Part shown: in pieces, positions 25,011-39,700 of the stretch
Layout of the letters: every line of letters begins with the position of its first letter
Numbering within the stretch: the stretch's first letter is position 1
NCBI GenBank assembly: GCA_028534125.1
Contig: CM052816.1
Span: 36,210,001 to 36,274,000, forward strand
Source of the DNA: Lama glama
Taxonomy: Eukaryota
DNA: 64,000 bases
Direction of reading: 5' to 3'
Made by a program: the position numbers and the translations under genes
The notes under the pieces: generated by a model
The model's database searches: none
What the model saw: the letters and a program-made list of their open reading frames with translations, nothing else
Told to the model about the DNA's origin: nothing

Positions 25011-27444
25011 GCGTGATATTTTAGATAAGCTATAACCTCAGAAAATATTCAATTGCAGCTCTTTTTAGCCTCTTTTTTTCAGCATGAAAACCTATACTGG
25101 CTCTGTTTTCAAGCAGAGAGACAGGCTTCAGCCCCTACATCCATATGGATTCAGTCCCATTATTCTACACGTACCAAGTTCCTGGTTGCCCCTGACTGTT
25201 TCTAGACATAGAACCCAGTACAACTGCTGCTTCTGTCCCACTGGCTTCTTTGTACTTCCAGGCCATGGAGATAACTGCTTTACTTTGAGCTTAGCTGTAA
25301 ATTTTCATCTTTCTCTTATAATATTTAATCTATCATTTCTGTATGTTTGGATTGTGGCTGAGAGTTTTCAATGCATAGCTTAACAGTACCATTTTAATGA
25401 AGTTCCAAAAATATTTTTTTAAGAGAAAAATAAAATTTTTGTGATATCAAATTTCACAAGAAGCACAAATGTGACCAGTTGATCAAGTCTCTAGTTAGAA
25501 GTATATTTAGACATTTCACCAAACTAACATGATTACTAATAAACATAGGATATTAATTAACTTGAATCCAACAATGTTCTTCCAGATATATATCCAGTTT
25601 GTCTAAATACATAGTAGTACAATTTAAAAAGTTTAAACATATCCCAATTTTTAAACATTGCACAATGTAGTCAGTTATTTTATAATTTAAACAACTGGGG
25701 TACAAATAATTTTTGAAAGTTTGAATTACTTATGCTAATAGGGGGGAACATTGACAAGGGTAATGAAAGAATGATAAATTGCAAATAATTTCTATTTTGT
25801 TTTGCTCTATATTTCTGTACTCTATTTAATCCAGGTGTTTTATGTGTTGGGAGTTTATACCATTTCCACTCCAATGATAGAAACACATTCTGAATATCTG
25901 ATTTGGAAAATTCCCCAGCTTCCCATCCTGTTTTATCACTTGCCAAAGGCTTTCCTGTTACTGATTTCCATGCTCAAGAGAGATACTGGATTGTTTCTGA
26001 CTGATTCACAACATCTGGAGCTCACCTTATCTCTTTCTAAGCTCATCCATGGTCTGACTCACATCTCCCTTAAGGAGCAGAGTGGAAGGTAATGATGTGT
26101 TTTGGCTTCCATGGCTTTATGCAATGTCTGACCTTAAGAAGAAGAGAAAGAAATGTTCTAAAATCTTGCAGAGGTTATATGTAGACTAAGACAACAGAAA
26201 TGAGAGCTCATGTATGCCCTGTGAGTAACCCACAAAGGGACTGATTCATTCATAGATGTGATTGTTATATTGCTGAAAGTTTACTGTGATGATTTTGACA
26301 AAGACTTCAAATTATTGTCAACCTGTTCCAGTCTGCTTGCACAATGAAAACAAAAAGACAAGCTAATAAAACCATACTCTGAACTATTTTGGTGATCACA
26401 AATATTACATAACATCTCGAGATGATCTGACATCTCCTGTTCACAAACCACTCAGAGGCAACCCCTTGCACATGGAAGAGTGAATCTACTTGAGCCTCCC
26501 AAACAGAACACAATCTTTGGCCTTGACCTATAAATATTTACTGATATAGTTTACTCTCTAACATATAGTGCTCGGACTACTTGTCAGAACTGTTGTAGGT
26601 ACTGAGATATAGCAGTGAATAGGACCAAATTTCAGTCTGGGAGGGACTCAGAGCTTGGTGTTCATGTTTTCCTATTGAAATATGACCAATTTGGACCCAT
26701 TAATAAGAGCGATCTATGCAATACTTTTCTACAAAAATGCTAACTCAGTGCTTTGAGATCTAAATTTTTGAATTCCAGTTGAACTACTTTGATGCATATG
26801 TGGATAAGGTGTGGTCAGTTTTTCTGACTGTACTTTATGATTCTATAATTTTTCTTTTGTAACGCATAGGCCCAGTCAATGATGAATGTAATGGTTGTCT
26901 GTAGTTAGGTTACGCAAAATGGAGAATCAAAGAAATTACCCAGAAAACTTAGAAGAAAAAGATGTTGTTAAGGAAAATCCGAGGTTTTCTTACTCAGATT
27001 CAAGGGTCCATTACCCAGATTCACAGGACAATTATATAAATTTCCAATTTGCTTTATGCATATGGACAAAACCAATCAGAAAATGTTGAAAAGGCAGAGG
27101 AAAATGAGTTTCAACTTTTCCAATATAAATAACTACTTTTTTTCTATAACCTCAGTTTTATTACTCAACACCACGCCAATAATTTACTGTAATAAAAATG
27201 TGCTATAAAAACAGTTCACATGGAAATTGGTTTTGAACTTAAAAAGGCACAGCCAAGTTTAAGAATGAGCTGACCAAAGTTTGCATGGAAATTTTGTGTG
27301 GTTCTGAAATTGTGTATGTGGGTTTAGAATTGGCTTGTAATTAATCATCTTTTAGGATATTTCATATGCAAAAATTTCTGAAAATATCATATATAGCTTT
27401 GTAGCCCAAACTTTCTCCAATTATTTGGAATCAAAGTTTAATTC

Positions 27445-27620
27445 AGCGTTTCTCAACACTGAGATTTTCAAGTCTTCTGCTCAGGATCACTTGGCCAGAT
27501 TACTGGGGTCCACATTAGACCTTCTGAATCAGAATCTTAACAGCAGTATTGAATCTTGCAATCTACATTTGAAATAAACTGTCCAGATGATTTTAACGCA
27601 TACTAAAGTTCAGAACTCAT
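27445..27620. mobile_element. MER5-like DNA transposon remnant
   Basis: cagcgtttctcaa...ctgaatcagaatct...tccagatgattttaacgcatactaaagtt. Confidence 0.6.
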
Positions 27621-29109
27621 CTTAACCTCATCATATCAGAAGACACTTAATTTGCTGCTCTTAAAAATTGCCTTCTGGCTTCTATAAAATTAAAATTGTT
27701 GTATTAATTTAAAAAATGATAAATTTAGTTTAGGCAACTGAAAAACAGTGAAGAAAAGATGTATTATTGACGATTTTTTACATCTTGTAGGACAGTTCAC
27801 ACGATGTAAAAAATGGCTGCCTAACCTCATTTCTGTTTCTTCAAGTTGACTAAATCTAGTAATTTAATGTCACAAATATGGTTTGTAAATTGATTTTGAA
27901 ATTAAGGTTTTAAAACATAGGACTCTTTTCCTTGGACTTGTATAATAAAAAGGGAAAGGATTTACTATAAACATATAACTAGAATGACTAAGCTTGTAAT
28001 TCATCTATTTTGGGTCAGTTACATTTCTTTGTAACCCCAAATGAATCTTGGAGCCCCAGGTAGCATAATTTCCACAGATAATCATATTTATAGAAAAATG
28101 CACAGCCAAAAAATATAATTAAAAATGAATTCCAACATCATATAAAGAGGATCCCCTGATTAAGTTTCTAAAAATTCCTTCCTAAATTCTCCAGTTCTCT
28201 TGCTACCCTGAACAGTTATTGAACACATCATAAATTTGAAACTCCCTTTCCATCTTCAAACTGGTTAGCTTTTCCCCTCTTCCTCCCCAGTCCTCTCTAT
28301 TATTTAGGTAGATATAATCTCTGTGCATACCCTTCTGTTTCTCTTCACTTGTATTTCACAAACTAATCTCTTGATTACTGTAAGTCAGATGACCTGAGAA
28401 CCTGATTGACAGATGCTCTCTATTACTCACTTCTAATGTGAATAATTAGGAACCGACTAAAAATAACGACTGCACACCTGGAAGGTTTGATGGTGGTTTT
28501 AGATTTTAAAATTCCATTTCAATCAATATATCCTTAATATTACCGTTGCCAAATGAAACTTCAGCTGTGTGAGTTCTATGAAATAAAAAATATTTTCATT
28601 TTTGTAATTTTGGCACCTATTAAATGATATAAAATCTTGCGGTCTACAATTTCAATATCTACTATGAAATATGATATATAATTAAAAATGGAATGCTACA
28701 CAGTACATATTCATTGCTAATTCTAGACTGCAGCAAAAATATTTTCATGTTAATGTTGGTACTTTCACAGTTAAATGTGATTTAAACACTATGGAACCAT
28801 ATATGGACCTCAATTTTTGCTGCAGGGAAATTTTTATTACATGCTTTGTCTTCAATTTTCTTTAGTAACACTCAATAATAATACACTGCATTTATGTGGC
28901 ACCTTTTATCCAATGACTGCAAAGCACAACATAAACATTAATTCTTAAAATTCTCTAGAAGATCACTAAGTATTTTTAAACTCATTAAAATTTTTAATAA
29001 GAATATAAATGAATGCAAAGGCTGGAGCTAACATATTAAATGGCATGGTTTGCTACAGAATAGAAGCTTTATAGTTTTTGCTCCTGGATTTTGAAATTCA
29101 GTGTTATTA

Positions 29110-29640
29110 AAAATAAAACAAAGGATTTTTTTCTGAGTACAAAGTAATATATATTCATTGTAGAAAAATCTGGAAAGTACTTAAATATGAAGAATATAAA
29201 AATTACTCACAATCCAACAATATAGAGGTAAGCACTCAATATTCAACATACTTTCTACAAATCCTCTTTATATGTTCATATACAAATATAATTCTATAAC
29301 ACACCATGAAGTATGCATATGTATTTTTCAGCTAATATTATATTTAAAGCATTTTCTAATGTTTTAAATATTGTTGAATAAATTTTTTTCAATGACTACA
29401 TAATAAACACTAGGTAAATACATAATAATTTAACTATTCACCTACTTTTTCAATATTTAGGTTATTCCAGGTCTCCAAGATTATCAGTAATCTGTAATGA
29501 CCATTACTATGCAAAGCATCTTTATCTTCCCCTATGTTTATTCCCTTAGGGTAGACTTTAGAAGTGAAATTATTTTGTTAAATGATATTAAAATACTTAG
29601 GCTATTTGTGTTTAGAAATTAGTTTCCAAAAGGTTTTACT
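29110..29640 (-). mobile_element. Old L1 (L1ME-like) 3' end
   Basis: aaagtaatatatattcattgtagaaaa...cataatttaactattcacc...tttaggttattccag. Confidence 0.65.
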
Positions 29641-29739
29641 GAACTGTTTGTCAAATCTTTTATTTACAAAGTTAAAACTGGGTTTAAAACCCATGATAAA
29701 ATTAATTTACAACTAAAGAATACAAAATAAAATTACAAG

Positions 29740-29930
29740 GATTAAGAGCATCACCTTCGGAGTCATTCTCAGGTTTGAATTTTACCTGTGTGACTCCAGG
29801 CAAAATAATTAATTTCTGAGTCTCAATTCCACATCTGTAGATTAGGGATTACAATGCCTATTTTATATCTTCCCTATTGCTGTAAGTTTTAAATGAAATG
29901 AGATATACTAAATAATCAGAACAATTTCTG
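29740..29930 (+). mobile_element. MIR SINE
   Basis: ggattaagagc...tgtgactccaggcaaa...tctcaattccacatctgtagattaggg. Confidence 0.7.
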
Positions 29931-29939
29931 GAAATTTCT

Positions 29940-31470
29940 CACTTTAATGTCTCATCCATTTCCTTGCTTTAAAATTTATTTATATGCTGACAAATCACAA
30001 CTATATAGCCCCAGCTCAGACCTGTTTTCTGAGTTCCTGACTTGTATATTCAGTTCTCAACTTGACAATTCCATTTGTGTCTCAGGTACCCCAGACATAA
30101 AAGTTTCCAAAACTCTAATATTTGGTATATTTTCTGCAAGTCTTCACATGCACATATGCAAATATATTTTGTTTCACAAAATTATTTCATTATTATATGT
30201 ATTTTTTTAGGGTTCCCCAGAGAAACAAGGTATATCTATATCTATACCTAGAGAGAAAGAGAAAAAGGCATTTTAAGTGTTTCGTCCATGTGACTGTGAG
30301 AGCTGGCTAGTTCAGTATTTACAGGGCAGTCTGACAGGCTGGAGAATCAGGGAAGCCTTAATGTCGCAGGTCAAGTCTGAAACAGTCTGGAGGCAGAATT
30401 CCCTCTTCCTTAGAGATCTGTCTCTTCTCTTTAGGCTTTCAGCTGATTGGATGAGGCCCACTGACACTGTGTAGGGAAATCTGCTTTGTTCTAATATTTA
30501 AATGTTTATCTCACCTAAAAAATACCTTCCTAGCAACATCCAGACTGGTGTTGATCAAATACCTGGGTACTATGACCTAGCCAAGTTGACACTTAAATTA
30601 ACTACCTCATCAAATGTATGTGTGTACCAATTACTAATCAAATGACTCCTTACTGCATAATCTTATGACTTTGGCAGCTTTCCCCATCTGACTATATGCT
30701 TTCAGAATTTATCCATTTGTACAAGCTGGGTACCTGGAATTGATACAGTCTTCTCCCTATCACCACATAAATCTTTCATCAAGTTATGTGTATTTCACTT
30801 TCTAAATGTTACTCCAACCTACCCCCTTCTTTCATCCACTTCTATCACCCTTGTCCAAGTCATCACTGTCTCTAGTCTGGGCTATTACACTGTTCCTACT
30901 CTTGCCCCATCTATTCTCAACCAGACAAGCAGAGTCAACTTTAAAAACCCAAATTTTTTCTTTAAAAGTTTCCTATTTCTCTAAGAATAAAACCTGATTC
31001 CTTACCATTGCCCACAAGGCTTTGCATGTTCCGGCCCCTTCTCTCTATACTCACTCACTGGCAACAATGTTGTCTGTTTTTGTTCCTGGATACTGTCTCA
31101 ATCTCTCCTGCTTCTGGACCTCTTTATAAGTTGTTCCTTCTGCAGATTCCCTTGTTCCCTAGTTTTTTTGTGTGCCTAGGTCCTTCATATTTCAAAGTCT
31201 TAGCTTAAATTTTCCATAAGAGCAGCCTTCCCTGCACACTCTGCCTAGAACTACCCTTTGTATGGAACCTTGTTCTTTTCCCCATATGAATAGCCACAAT
31301 GCTTTGTAAGTTTATATTTAGTTGTTAATTGAATGTCTCTCAGACTAGCCTATAACTTCTGTGAAGACATGGACCATGGCTGCTTGATTCACTATGGAAC
31401 ATCCATTGTCTATAAAATACTGTCTGCATGAAGAGGGCATTTAGTCAGTATTAAATAGAATTAATACAGA
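29940..31470 (+). mobile_element. L2 element interrupted by an MLT2 LTR
   Basis: tatatgctgacaaatcacaa..tatagccccagctcagacc L2 motifs before 30120; resumes after 30640 through the L2 3' end. Confidence 0.7.
30200..30609 (-). mobile_element. MLT2 (ERVL) LTR
   Basis: ttagggttccccagagaaac...cagctgattggatgaggccca...cctagccaagttgacacttaaattaac. Confidence 0.88.
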
Positions 31471-31547
31471 CTTACTTAATAGGTAAGAGCTACTACTTTC
31501 TATAATTTATTACTATTAAAATTGGAAGATTATAGTTTGCTATTGAT

Positions 31548-31977
31548 TACAGTGGGTTTAATGGTGGCCCCTAAAGAGGTATGTCCATGTCCTAATTCCC
31601 AGAACCTGTGAAAAAGGATCTTTGCAATATAATTACGACTCCAGAGATGAGATCATCCTGGATTATCCACATAGGATCTAAATCCAATGGCAAGTGTCCT
31701 TATAAGAGACAGGAGAGAAGACACAGACACAAAGAGAAGTCTATGTGAAAATATAGGCAGAGATTGGAGTAATACATCCACACAGAGTGCTGACAGCCAC
31801 CAGAAGGTGAAAGAGGCAAGGAAAGACCCCCCTCCAGGGCTTCTAGAGAGAGTGTGGTCCTGCTGACACCTTGATTTTAGACTTTTGGCCTCCAGAACCT
31901 TGAGAGAATACATTTCTGTTCTTTTAAGCTGTCTAGTTTGTGACGATTTGCTTAGGCAGCCCTAGGAAACTAACACA
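31548..31977 (+). mobile_element. MLT1C-like MaLR LTR
   Basis: agtgggtttaatggtggcccc...ctgacaccttgattttagacttttggcctccagaac...gcagccctaggaaactaacaca. Confidence 0.9.
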
Positions 31978-34119
31978 GTGGTGGAGTCTGGTATTAAAGT
32001 CTTCAAAAGTTTCTATATTCGGGAAGACCTGCATTTTGAAATTTTCAGCAACCTTTTAGTATGAGAATGTCTGTATCTTTAAAACCAATAGAAGTGTTGT
32101 CTGTGTAAAATACTGACACCACTAATTCAGAATATAGACCACTGTACTGTAATACTGATTATTATCACCCCTCCCACACACAATTACTCCTTATTTGCTG
32201 AGATGAAGGCATGTTTGCATTTTTCTTTATCTTTCTATATCAGTGATTTCCACTTCTACAGATTTTTTCCTAAAATAAATGCATCACATATCATTACAAA
32301 ATGGGTTCCATTTTTCACTGTGCATAAGGGAAGTTTAAATACATTTAGCCTTCAGTTGTAATGAAAAAATAATTATTATTATTTAGTACTTACAAGAATA
32401 TAAGGTTAGTTTTTTGTTTTTAATTTTTTACTAACTGTACAAATGAGAAAATGGAGGCTCACAGAAATTAAGTAACCTTTAAATCTACCGCACTAATAGG
32501 CAAGAGAGTGGCAATTGGATATGGGCCCTTTTAACTATTTTGTATTCTTTACCAACACACCACATCCATATGGAGGGTGCTGCCATGCTCCTTCTAGAAC
32601 TCATAGGAAGTTACTTGAAAAACACATTCATTTTAATTGGCTAGAAATTTAATGTACTAGTCCTCTAAGGAGAAATTTTGTTTTGTAAGAATACCATAAA
32701 GCACTAATAGTAGAACTTCTGATAGGGGAAAATATTTTTAGGATAGTCTCCTTGAACTACAGCCAGTCTGGGATATGAAGGTACTTACTGTGCACACATA
32801 TAAAGCTGACCCTGAATTTGTAGGATGTGACTCATTGAAACAGATGGAAAATTGAAATCTGATTTAGTGATTTGGGCTGACAGTACAGTTTTATTAAACT
32901 GATTAACTTCATATATACTTGTATAGAACATCATCTGTTCTACTTCGGGGGAGGAGCTCAGAGAAACTGTGTCTGTCACATAACTGTGTAGTGTAACGTG
33001 GGCTGCCGAAGCCCCTCACATGATGTGTGCTTGCACTGATCAGTGCTGAGTAGCTCAAGCATGGGAGTGTGAGAGCCTTCTGTCCTTCCAACCATTGAAG
33101 TTCTCTTATCAGTATATTTTTCTAGTGGTTGGAGCAATTATTTCACCTTGCCAATGTGGAAAATCCTACCTGGAGGAAAATTTTGACTCATATGCAAATT
33201 CTCATTTTGTTATATACTAGCTGTCAGTCTTTCAGCAGAGTAACCAACTTTGAATTCTGGATCCCTCATCCCTAGCATCTGATGAAAAAAATATCCTGGT
33301 ATTATTATTATTCTTATTTAAAAGCCCAAATACATAGTGTATTGCCTAGTACTTAATTATGTACTCAATTCATATTAATTTCATTCTTTAAATCACTCAA
33401 CCAAATCTTCTGAAAACCTGCTATGTGCCAGTCAGAAGAAAGGATCATTAAGTACTTGATGTCAGGTGATATGAAAACCTGATCAAAAACTTTTAGTGGT
33501 ACTCCTCTTCCCTCCTGCTATTTCCAACCACCCAGCTCAGGGGAAGTCTGAGAAAATGAACTGGAACTCAACGGCTTCAGTGGAAGACTAGCCTGGTGGA
33601 ATGCCATCAGTAGCCCCAGAGACCCTTCTCTCTCTGGCAGGCCACCTGTGAGCACTGCTGCAGTGACCAGCAGATGAGGGTACTCAACATCACTCTGTTA
33701 GTAATGTTTTTTGACAGCTGTCAATTCTTAGGGAAGCCTTAATGGACGAGGAACAGTCTGTGTAGGCCAAATTATGTAGCATCAGAGACAAGGCTATAAA
33801 TGACGTTTCAAAGCACCTAACCATATCAGTGGAATGGAACTGGAAATGGTACTGGAAGACATTGGCTGGCTTTATGTTCTGATAGCATTTTTGCCTTAAT
33901 ATTCTTCTTTGGTCAGTGTGTTGGCGAGCTATAATTCTAACCATTTTGACTAAATCATATGATTGTATCTTCTTCAGTTACATACATAACTGGGCCAAAA
34001 CAAAAATATTTACTTAAATTACTAAAACTGCTCTGTGACAACAGGAAACTCAAAATTTATAAAACCTAAACAGGTATATATTACTTGCAGAGTATAGAGC
34101 TGCCTTATCAAAAATACCA

Positions 34120-35940
34120 ATTGAATGAATAAAGTATACAATTAATGAAAGAAGAAACAAGAAGCCTGTCCTCTGGGAGCCTGCAATGTAATACTGGCAT
34201 GAGGAGTCCCACAAGCATGTATGTAGCCAACGATCACTTTTTCAAGGGTAATGAGTATTATTACAATGATAGGATAAAGGCAATGTGAATCTGGGAAGGC
34301 TTCACGGAAAATGTGAGTTTTGAATAACGTTTTGCATGTTTTGAAGGGATAAGTCTTGGCAGATAGATTGTTTTTTGGGTAACACAGGCAATTTGAATGT
34401 CCTCTACAATCTCTTCTTCTCACTTTACACCCTTTCTACATCCCTAGGCCACATCACAACTTTGAACTCCTCTTATGTGTTGAATATTCCCAAATTTGCA
34501 TATGTGATCCAGAAGATCCAATTGCTTACTGAGATCTTTACTTGTCTTCACTGGAAGATTCCTAAACGCAAACTATTTAAGACAAAATTCATCAATACCC
34601 TCCCCTTTGCTCCTCTTCCATGCTGCCTCTCCCAGTGAGGGGCATTATCATCCATCTACAGGCTTAAAGGAGAAATGTATGACTCATTTTTAACATCCCT
34701 ACACCCTCACTCTTACTTCCAATCAGTGGGTAAAGCCTATCAATTTTAACGCAGAAATACTTCTGTTAACTGTCTACCCTTCTCCACCCTCATAGCCATG
34801 TTCCTAGTCCAAACACCTGCAAGAACCTCCAAATTTGTCTTTAAGTAATCATCCTTGTCCCCTCCACTTCATTTTTTACCTTTCACTTAGAGTGATCTAC
34901 AAATGCAAGTCAGATCAAATTACTCTTCTGCTTAAAACTCTTAACTGTCTTTCCATTATTAGCAGGTTACTAACCAAACTTCTCACCACAGACTTCCAGG
35001 GCTGCTCTATAATATGACCTCACCCGCCTCTTCGATTTCATTTAGTGCCGTGCTACCTCTTACTATCTCAGTTATACTGGATTCCTTCCAGCATCACAAA
35101 CCACCATCTTTCTCTTCTCTGATCTTTTCCCAAGGCTCTTCCCCTTACATGGAGAAACAACTGGAAGGATTCTTTCACTCAGAAATAGATGCTTACAGAT
35201 GGTGATAAGGGCAATGAAAGAGAAGTACAGAGTGTGATAAGGAAATTAGAACAGAGGCTGGAGGAAGCACTGAGTAGGTATTGGCTAGTGTGGGGTAAAG
35301 AACATTCCAGGAAAAGTGACAGAATGTTCAGTGGCTCTGAGGTAAAAAGATCATGTCAAGTTAGGGGACATGAAAGGAAGAAAACAAAGAGTGCATGAGA
35401 GAGCAAGTAGCATGAGCTGAGGCTGGAGAAGTAGGTGGGGACCAGGTGATAAAAGGTCTTTGACCACGCTGAAGATACTGGGTGTGAGGAAACACTGCTT
35501 GTTCTGTGTGATGGGCAAATGGGATCAGAAGAATCTGGAAACAGGAACATTTGTTTGTAATCTTCTAATATTAATGCTGGTGGTTGTGGTTTAGCGGTGG
35601 GAACGAAGCAGTGAAGGTGTGAACACATGAACCTAAAATCAGGAAGAATGAATTAGTAGAACTTGTGCTGAACCTTGGGGACAGACTGAAGAGGGACTGA
35701 AGAGGACTCCACATTTATAATGCTGGGTGCCCAGATGGGTAACGGTACCCCCAGACCACAGGAGACCAGTTAAAATGAAGCAAGGGTTTGAGGGAGAGGA
35801 CACTGGGCTCAGTTTTGTCATAATTAGTTTTAGATCCTGGCAGATCACCAAGGAGAGTTATTTTGTAGACAACACAAAATATGTCATTAGAAAAAAAGAT
35901 GAGGGGTCAAGACCTGAGATACTGATTTGAGAGCCATCTG
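34120..35940. mobile_element. Cluster of L2 fragments (minus ~34120-34370, plus ~34390-35100, minus ~35170-35940)
   Basis: L2 motifs tcagatcaaattactcttctgcttaaaactc (sense) and gaacattccaggaaaag / ctgaggctggagaagtagg (antisense). Confidence 0.65.
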
Positions 35941-36327
35941 TGGTCAGGGAGGAGTAGTTATGTTGCTCTGCAGTAAGCAGGCCGGTGTGACAATATAGAA
36001 TTTATTAAGCCAGGTCAGCTGGGTTCCTGGATTTTCATTAAGAGTGCTTAGCTGTATCAGCATGAGGCAGAAGGGTGGACACTGGTGCTTGCAAGGGAAC
36101 AGGAAAGCTCACAGAAGGGAGGATACAGAGAATGAGAAACATTTAACAAGCCTAGTGGCCACTGCCAGAGTTAGCATTAGGGAACAACTATAGAGAACAC
36201 TGCGTTCACATCAACATTTCAGAAAGCCTTAAACAGTGAAAGGAAGAATGGCAGTAGTAGAACAGGGGCTGGAAAGTGTATGCAGATGGAAAGAAAGAGC
36301 TGATAATGTGTTGATTTTATATGAAGG

Positions 36328-36360
36328 ATGTGTGTGTATGTGTGTGTGTGCGCGCGCGCA
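36328..36360. repeat. (TG)n(CG)5 alternating purine-pyrimidine tract
   Basis: atgtgtgtgtatgtgtgtgtgtgcgcgcgcgca. Confidence 0.9.
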
Positions 36361-38914
36361 GGCACGCAACACTGGGGGCAACTGCCTCTTCCTTTGTGGT
36401 CCCTTTTTTGAGTGAGAATCTTGCCTTGGCATTTGTTAGTGATCTTAGGCAAGGCACTTAACCTGTTTGTATTTAAGCTTCCTCAACGATGAATTAGAGA
36501 CAAGCCTGCTCTTCTAGTAGGTGGCCATGAGCTTGAAGTGAGTCGATGCACAAGAAAGTGACCAGCAGTGAGTATGCTCTGTTTCGGCCCTCTGGGTTCC
36601 AGCAGGTCATCAAGGGAGTGAGGACCACTGCCTCTGGTTCTCTCTTGCTGCCCACAGCTGTTGGAGCCCTCATGCTCTTTCACAGGGCCTCTTCATTTAG
36701 AAGGAAATCAGATGCCATCCGCCTGACAACTTCATAGATCTATTTCCATGAAAAAGACTATTGCCACAATTTTTGAATTCATGAGGATTACATCGATGCA
36801 GCAATGAGCATCAGTGTCCTTGATAACTCTTTCATCTCTAGGTTACACGGAATAAGACTGCACGTGTAAACTCATTGTAATTTGCAGAGCTGTACATATC
36901 TTTGAAAAATGATTTGTAATTCTCATGGCTAGCTCGCATTTTTTAAATGACTCTGAGCGGAACAAGGACAAGCCAACCATGTAAGGCTTTAAAGAGACAC
37001 CTGACAGACACAGATATCACGTATCTGTTTTGATAGTCACTGGGACACTGGGAAGAGGTCTAATTCCACTGATCACAAATACATTTCACAAAGACTTATA
37101 CCTGGATGTTTTCTCATGTTTCTCATATATTCTATGAAAGTGTGTTACTTTTGGAACTTTGCTTTCCTTGACTTAGGGGAAAAAAGGTAAAAAAAGATCT
37201 TAGATCTTTATTTTTTTTTTTTCAAACTGGCATGGAGTCCAAAAGCACTTATAAGTATAATAACAAAGCAAGCAGGGATAATGTTGTAAAGATTGCTATG
37301 AATGGATGCTCACTTATTTCTGACTATAGCCGAAAGATTCCAACTAATAATCCCCAGTGGCTTTGCAGGAACAAGTTTATTTTTCTTCTGGGAACATTTC
37401 AAGTTTCTACGTTAGAATGTGACAAAACACATTTTATTTTTTAAAACTTGAGATCAGGGCAAAACCATATGCAAATGACAAAATACACAAACTTGAATGC
37501 TCAGAACACACGTACCATTTAAGTGGGAGCTACTGGAAGATTTGTTCTTACAGTGAATGGGAAACGGAGTGTTTGAGGACCCATGCTGTGTCTGCGCCAG
37601 GGGCTGTACTTAACCTTGGGAGGCAGGGCTGTGGTGGAGTGGGAGGTGAAAGAAAGACTTAAACTTCATCTACCTACAATTAAATACCCTTTAATTGGCC
37701 CAAGGCAAAACCGCTGTGTTCACTCCCTTCTTTAGAGAAGCCTCAGACTGCATACTTTGGCATCACACATATTCTCTCTAAGGGGGTCTCTCACCAGCAC
37801 TTCACTTTGGGTTCCCTTATGCAAAAATGTTGGAAGGATGATGAGAATTAGCAATAATCAACCGTCTCTTTAAAGCAAATAAGACTTTTGCCTTAAATAC
37901 TGTATTCATTCTGAGTAATAAATTGTAAGAATTTAACCTGAAAAATATGGATTGATTACTACTGTCTCATTCTCAAAGCGTTAACTTTGGACTTACTAAA
38001 AATAAGCATCAATGGCCATAGCAACAAAATCATAAAGAACATGAAAGGATCACCCACATAAAAATGTCTTTATTATTAGCTCATAGGTTTTAGTCAATTA
38101 AAAGTCATTTTGTTCCTAGAGATTCTTTTGACCAGCTCTATTTTTCCTATGCCTTCTTTTGAGTGTTTTCTTGTTGCCAGCTAAGTAATTTATTTAAAAT
38201 GCAGCACTATTTAAAGCATATGATATTAGCATGATTTGCTCTGAGGGTGTTAACCTAATTTTAAAAAATTTCAAATTCAGTTGTAATATCTCAGTGGTAT
38301 TACGCTTTGTTAAAATTGCATTTCTGGAAAAACTCACTCATCTGTAACAGTTTAAACATGAACCCTTTACCCATATATTAGCTGAGTAAAAAATGAATTT
38401 CCTTTTTACTGTTTTTCTTTTCAATACATCTTGTGAAATCATAAGAGAATTCTGCAATTTATATAGGGAAATTTGGCTGCCATTTGCTTGGACTGTGACA
38501 TATGACTATAATTTGTAACTTTCCTTCCAACACTTGGTTATTTGTTATCTGAATATCTGAGTTTCAAAAGTATGAATTAGTGTATGAACAATGGAAAAAG
38601 AAAAAAGGTATTCTGTAACTCTCAAGGGGTATGGTGTGCTACCGTCCTTAGAAATATGGGTTGGGAAACATAATTAAGTACAGAATTTGTATTCTGCTTA
38701 TCTTAGTGATTTACATGACTCTATGTGACTTGCATCTTCATTTGATTTTTACATCTTTCTATTTGTAGGTTGTTCATTTTGTTTTGTGTTTGAGATTGTG
38801 CACGTCTTTGGTTGTTTCTAAATGTCTTTGAAATTTTATCAAATTCACTTTATTCTTTTAGTGTGTTTTAAAGAAAAATATATTAAAGGCATAGACGTCT
38901 TGGAGAATAGGGCA

Positions 38915-39700
38915 TTTATTCCTTTAACGTGTATTTATTAGGCAACTGCTATGTGTCAGTTACTGTACTGGGCACTGGAAACACAGTCTTAAACAAGGCA
39001 GACGTGGTCCTGTCTCAGTAAACAAATAGTTTAGTGGTGGATACAGAGGAGCAAACATGATGTGGCATGGGATAGGTGGCAGCACTGAGGCACACAGGAG
39101 GGGTACCCGCCCCAGAACTAGCAAGTAAGGGAGGGCTTCTGGGAAGAAGTGACAAACTCGATACTTGAAGGATGAAGCAGGAATTAGTCAGACAAAAGGA
39201 GTTTAGGGTTTGGATGGCAGCAATGGATGGCAAGACAGTATTCTATTCAGAAGGAACAGTTTCATTATATAAAAGACTGGAAGTAACAGAAAGCATCAGC
39301 ATCTGAACAATAAAAATCGGCCCTCACTGGTAATGGAGGTAGAGCCCTAGAGACAAAGTTATGAGATATTTGGGAAGTAAGAGTCAACAGAAATGGTAAT
39401 TATTGACTGGATACAGGCCTGGGAGAGGTAAAAATCAAGGGTGACACCCTATTTTATTATTTAAGCAACTGGATAGTTGAAGAAGAGTAGGTTAATTGAG
39501 AGCAAGGCAGGCAAAATTAGTTTCAGGAACATTAAAGAAACATAACATAACTGTAGGACTTTTAGGTGGAGATGGGGTAGACAGACATTGAGTTCAGGAG
39601 AGAGAGCTGGGCTGGACTTACAGTGCTGGGATTCTTTAGCATATAGCTGGTATTTGAAGTCATATGAATGGACTTGATAAAGTTTGGGAGGTCAGTATAA
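38915..39700 (-). mobile_element. L2 3' portion
   Basis: gtatttattaggcaactgctatgtgtcag...gggcactggaaacacag and downstream antisense L2 motifs. Confidence 0.75.

Noticed and set aside
32785..32979. Minus-strand ORF ending at a GTAAGT donor (32788)
   Set aside because: No convincing upstream acceptor and no recognisable peptide
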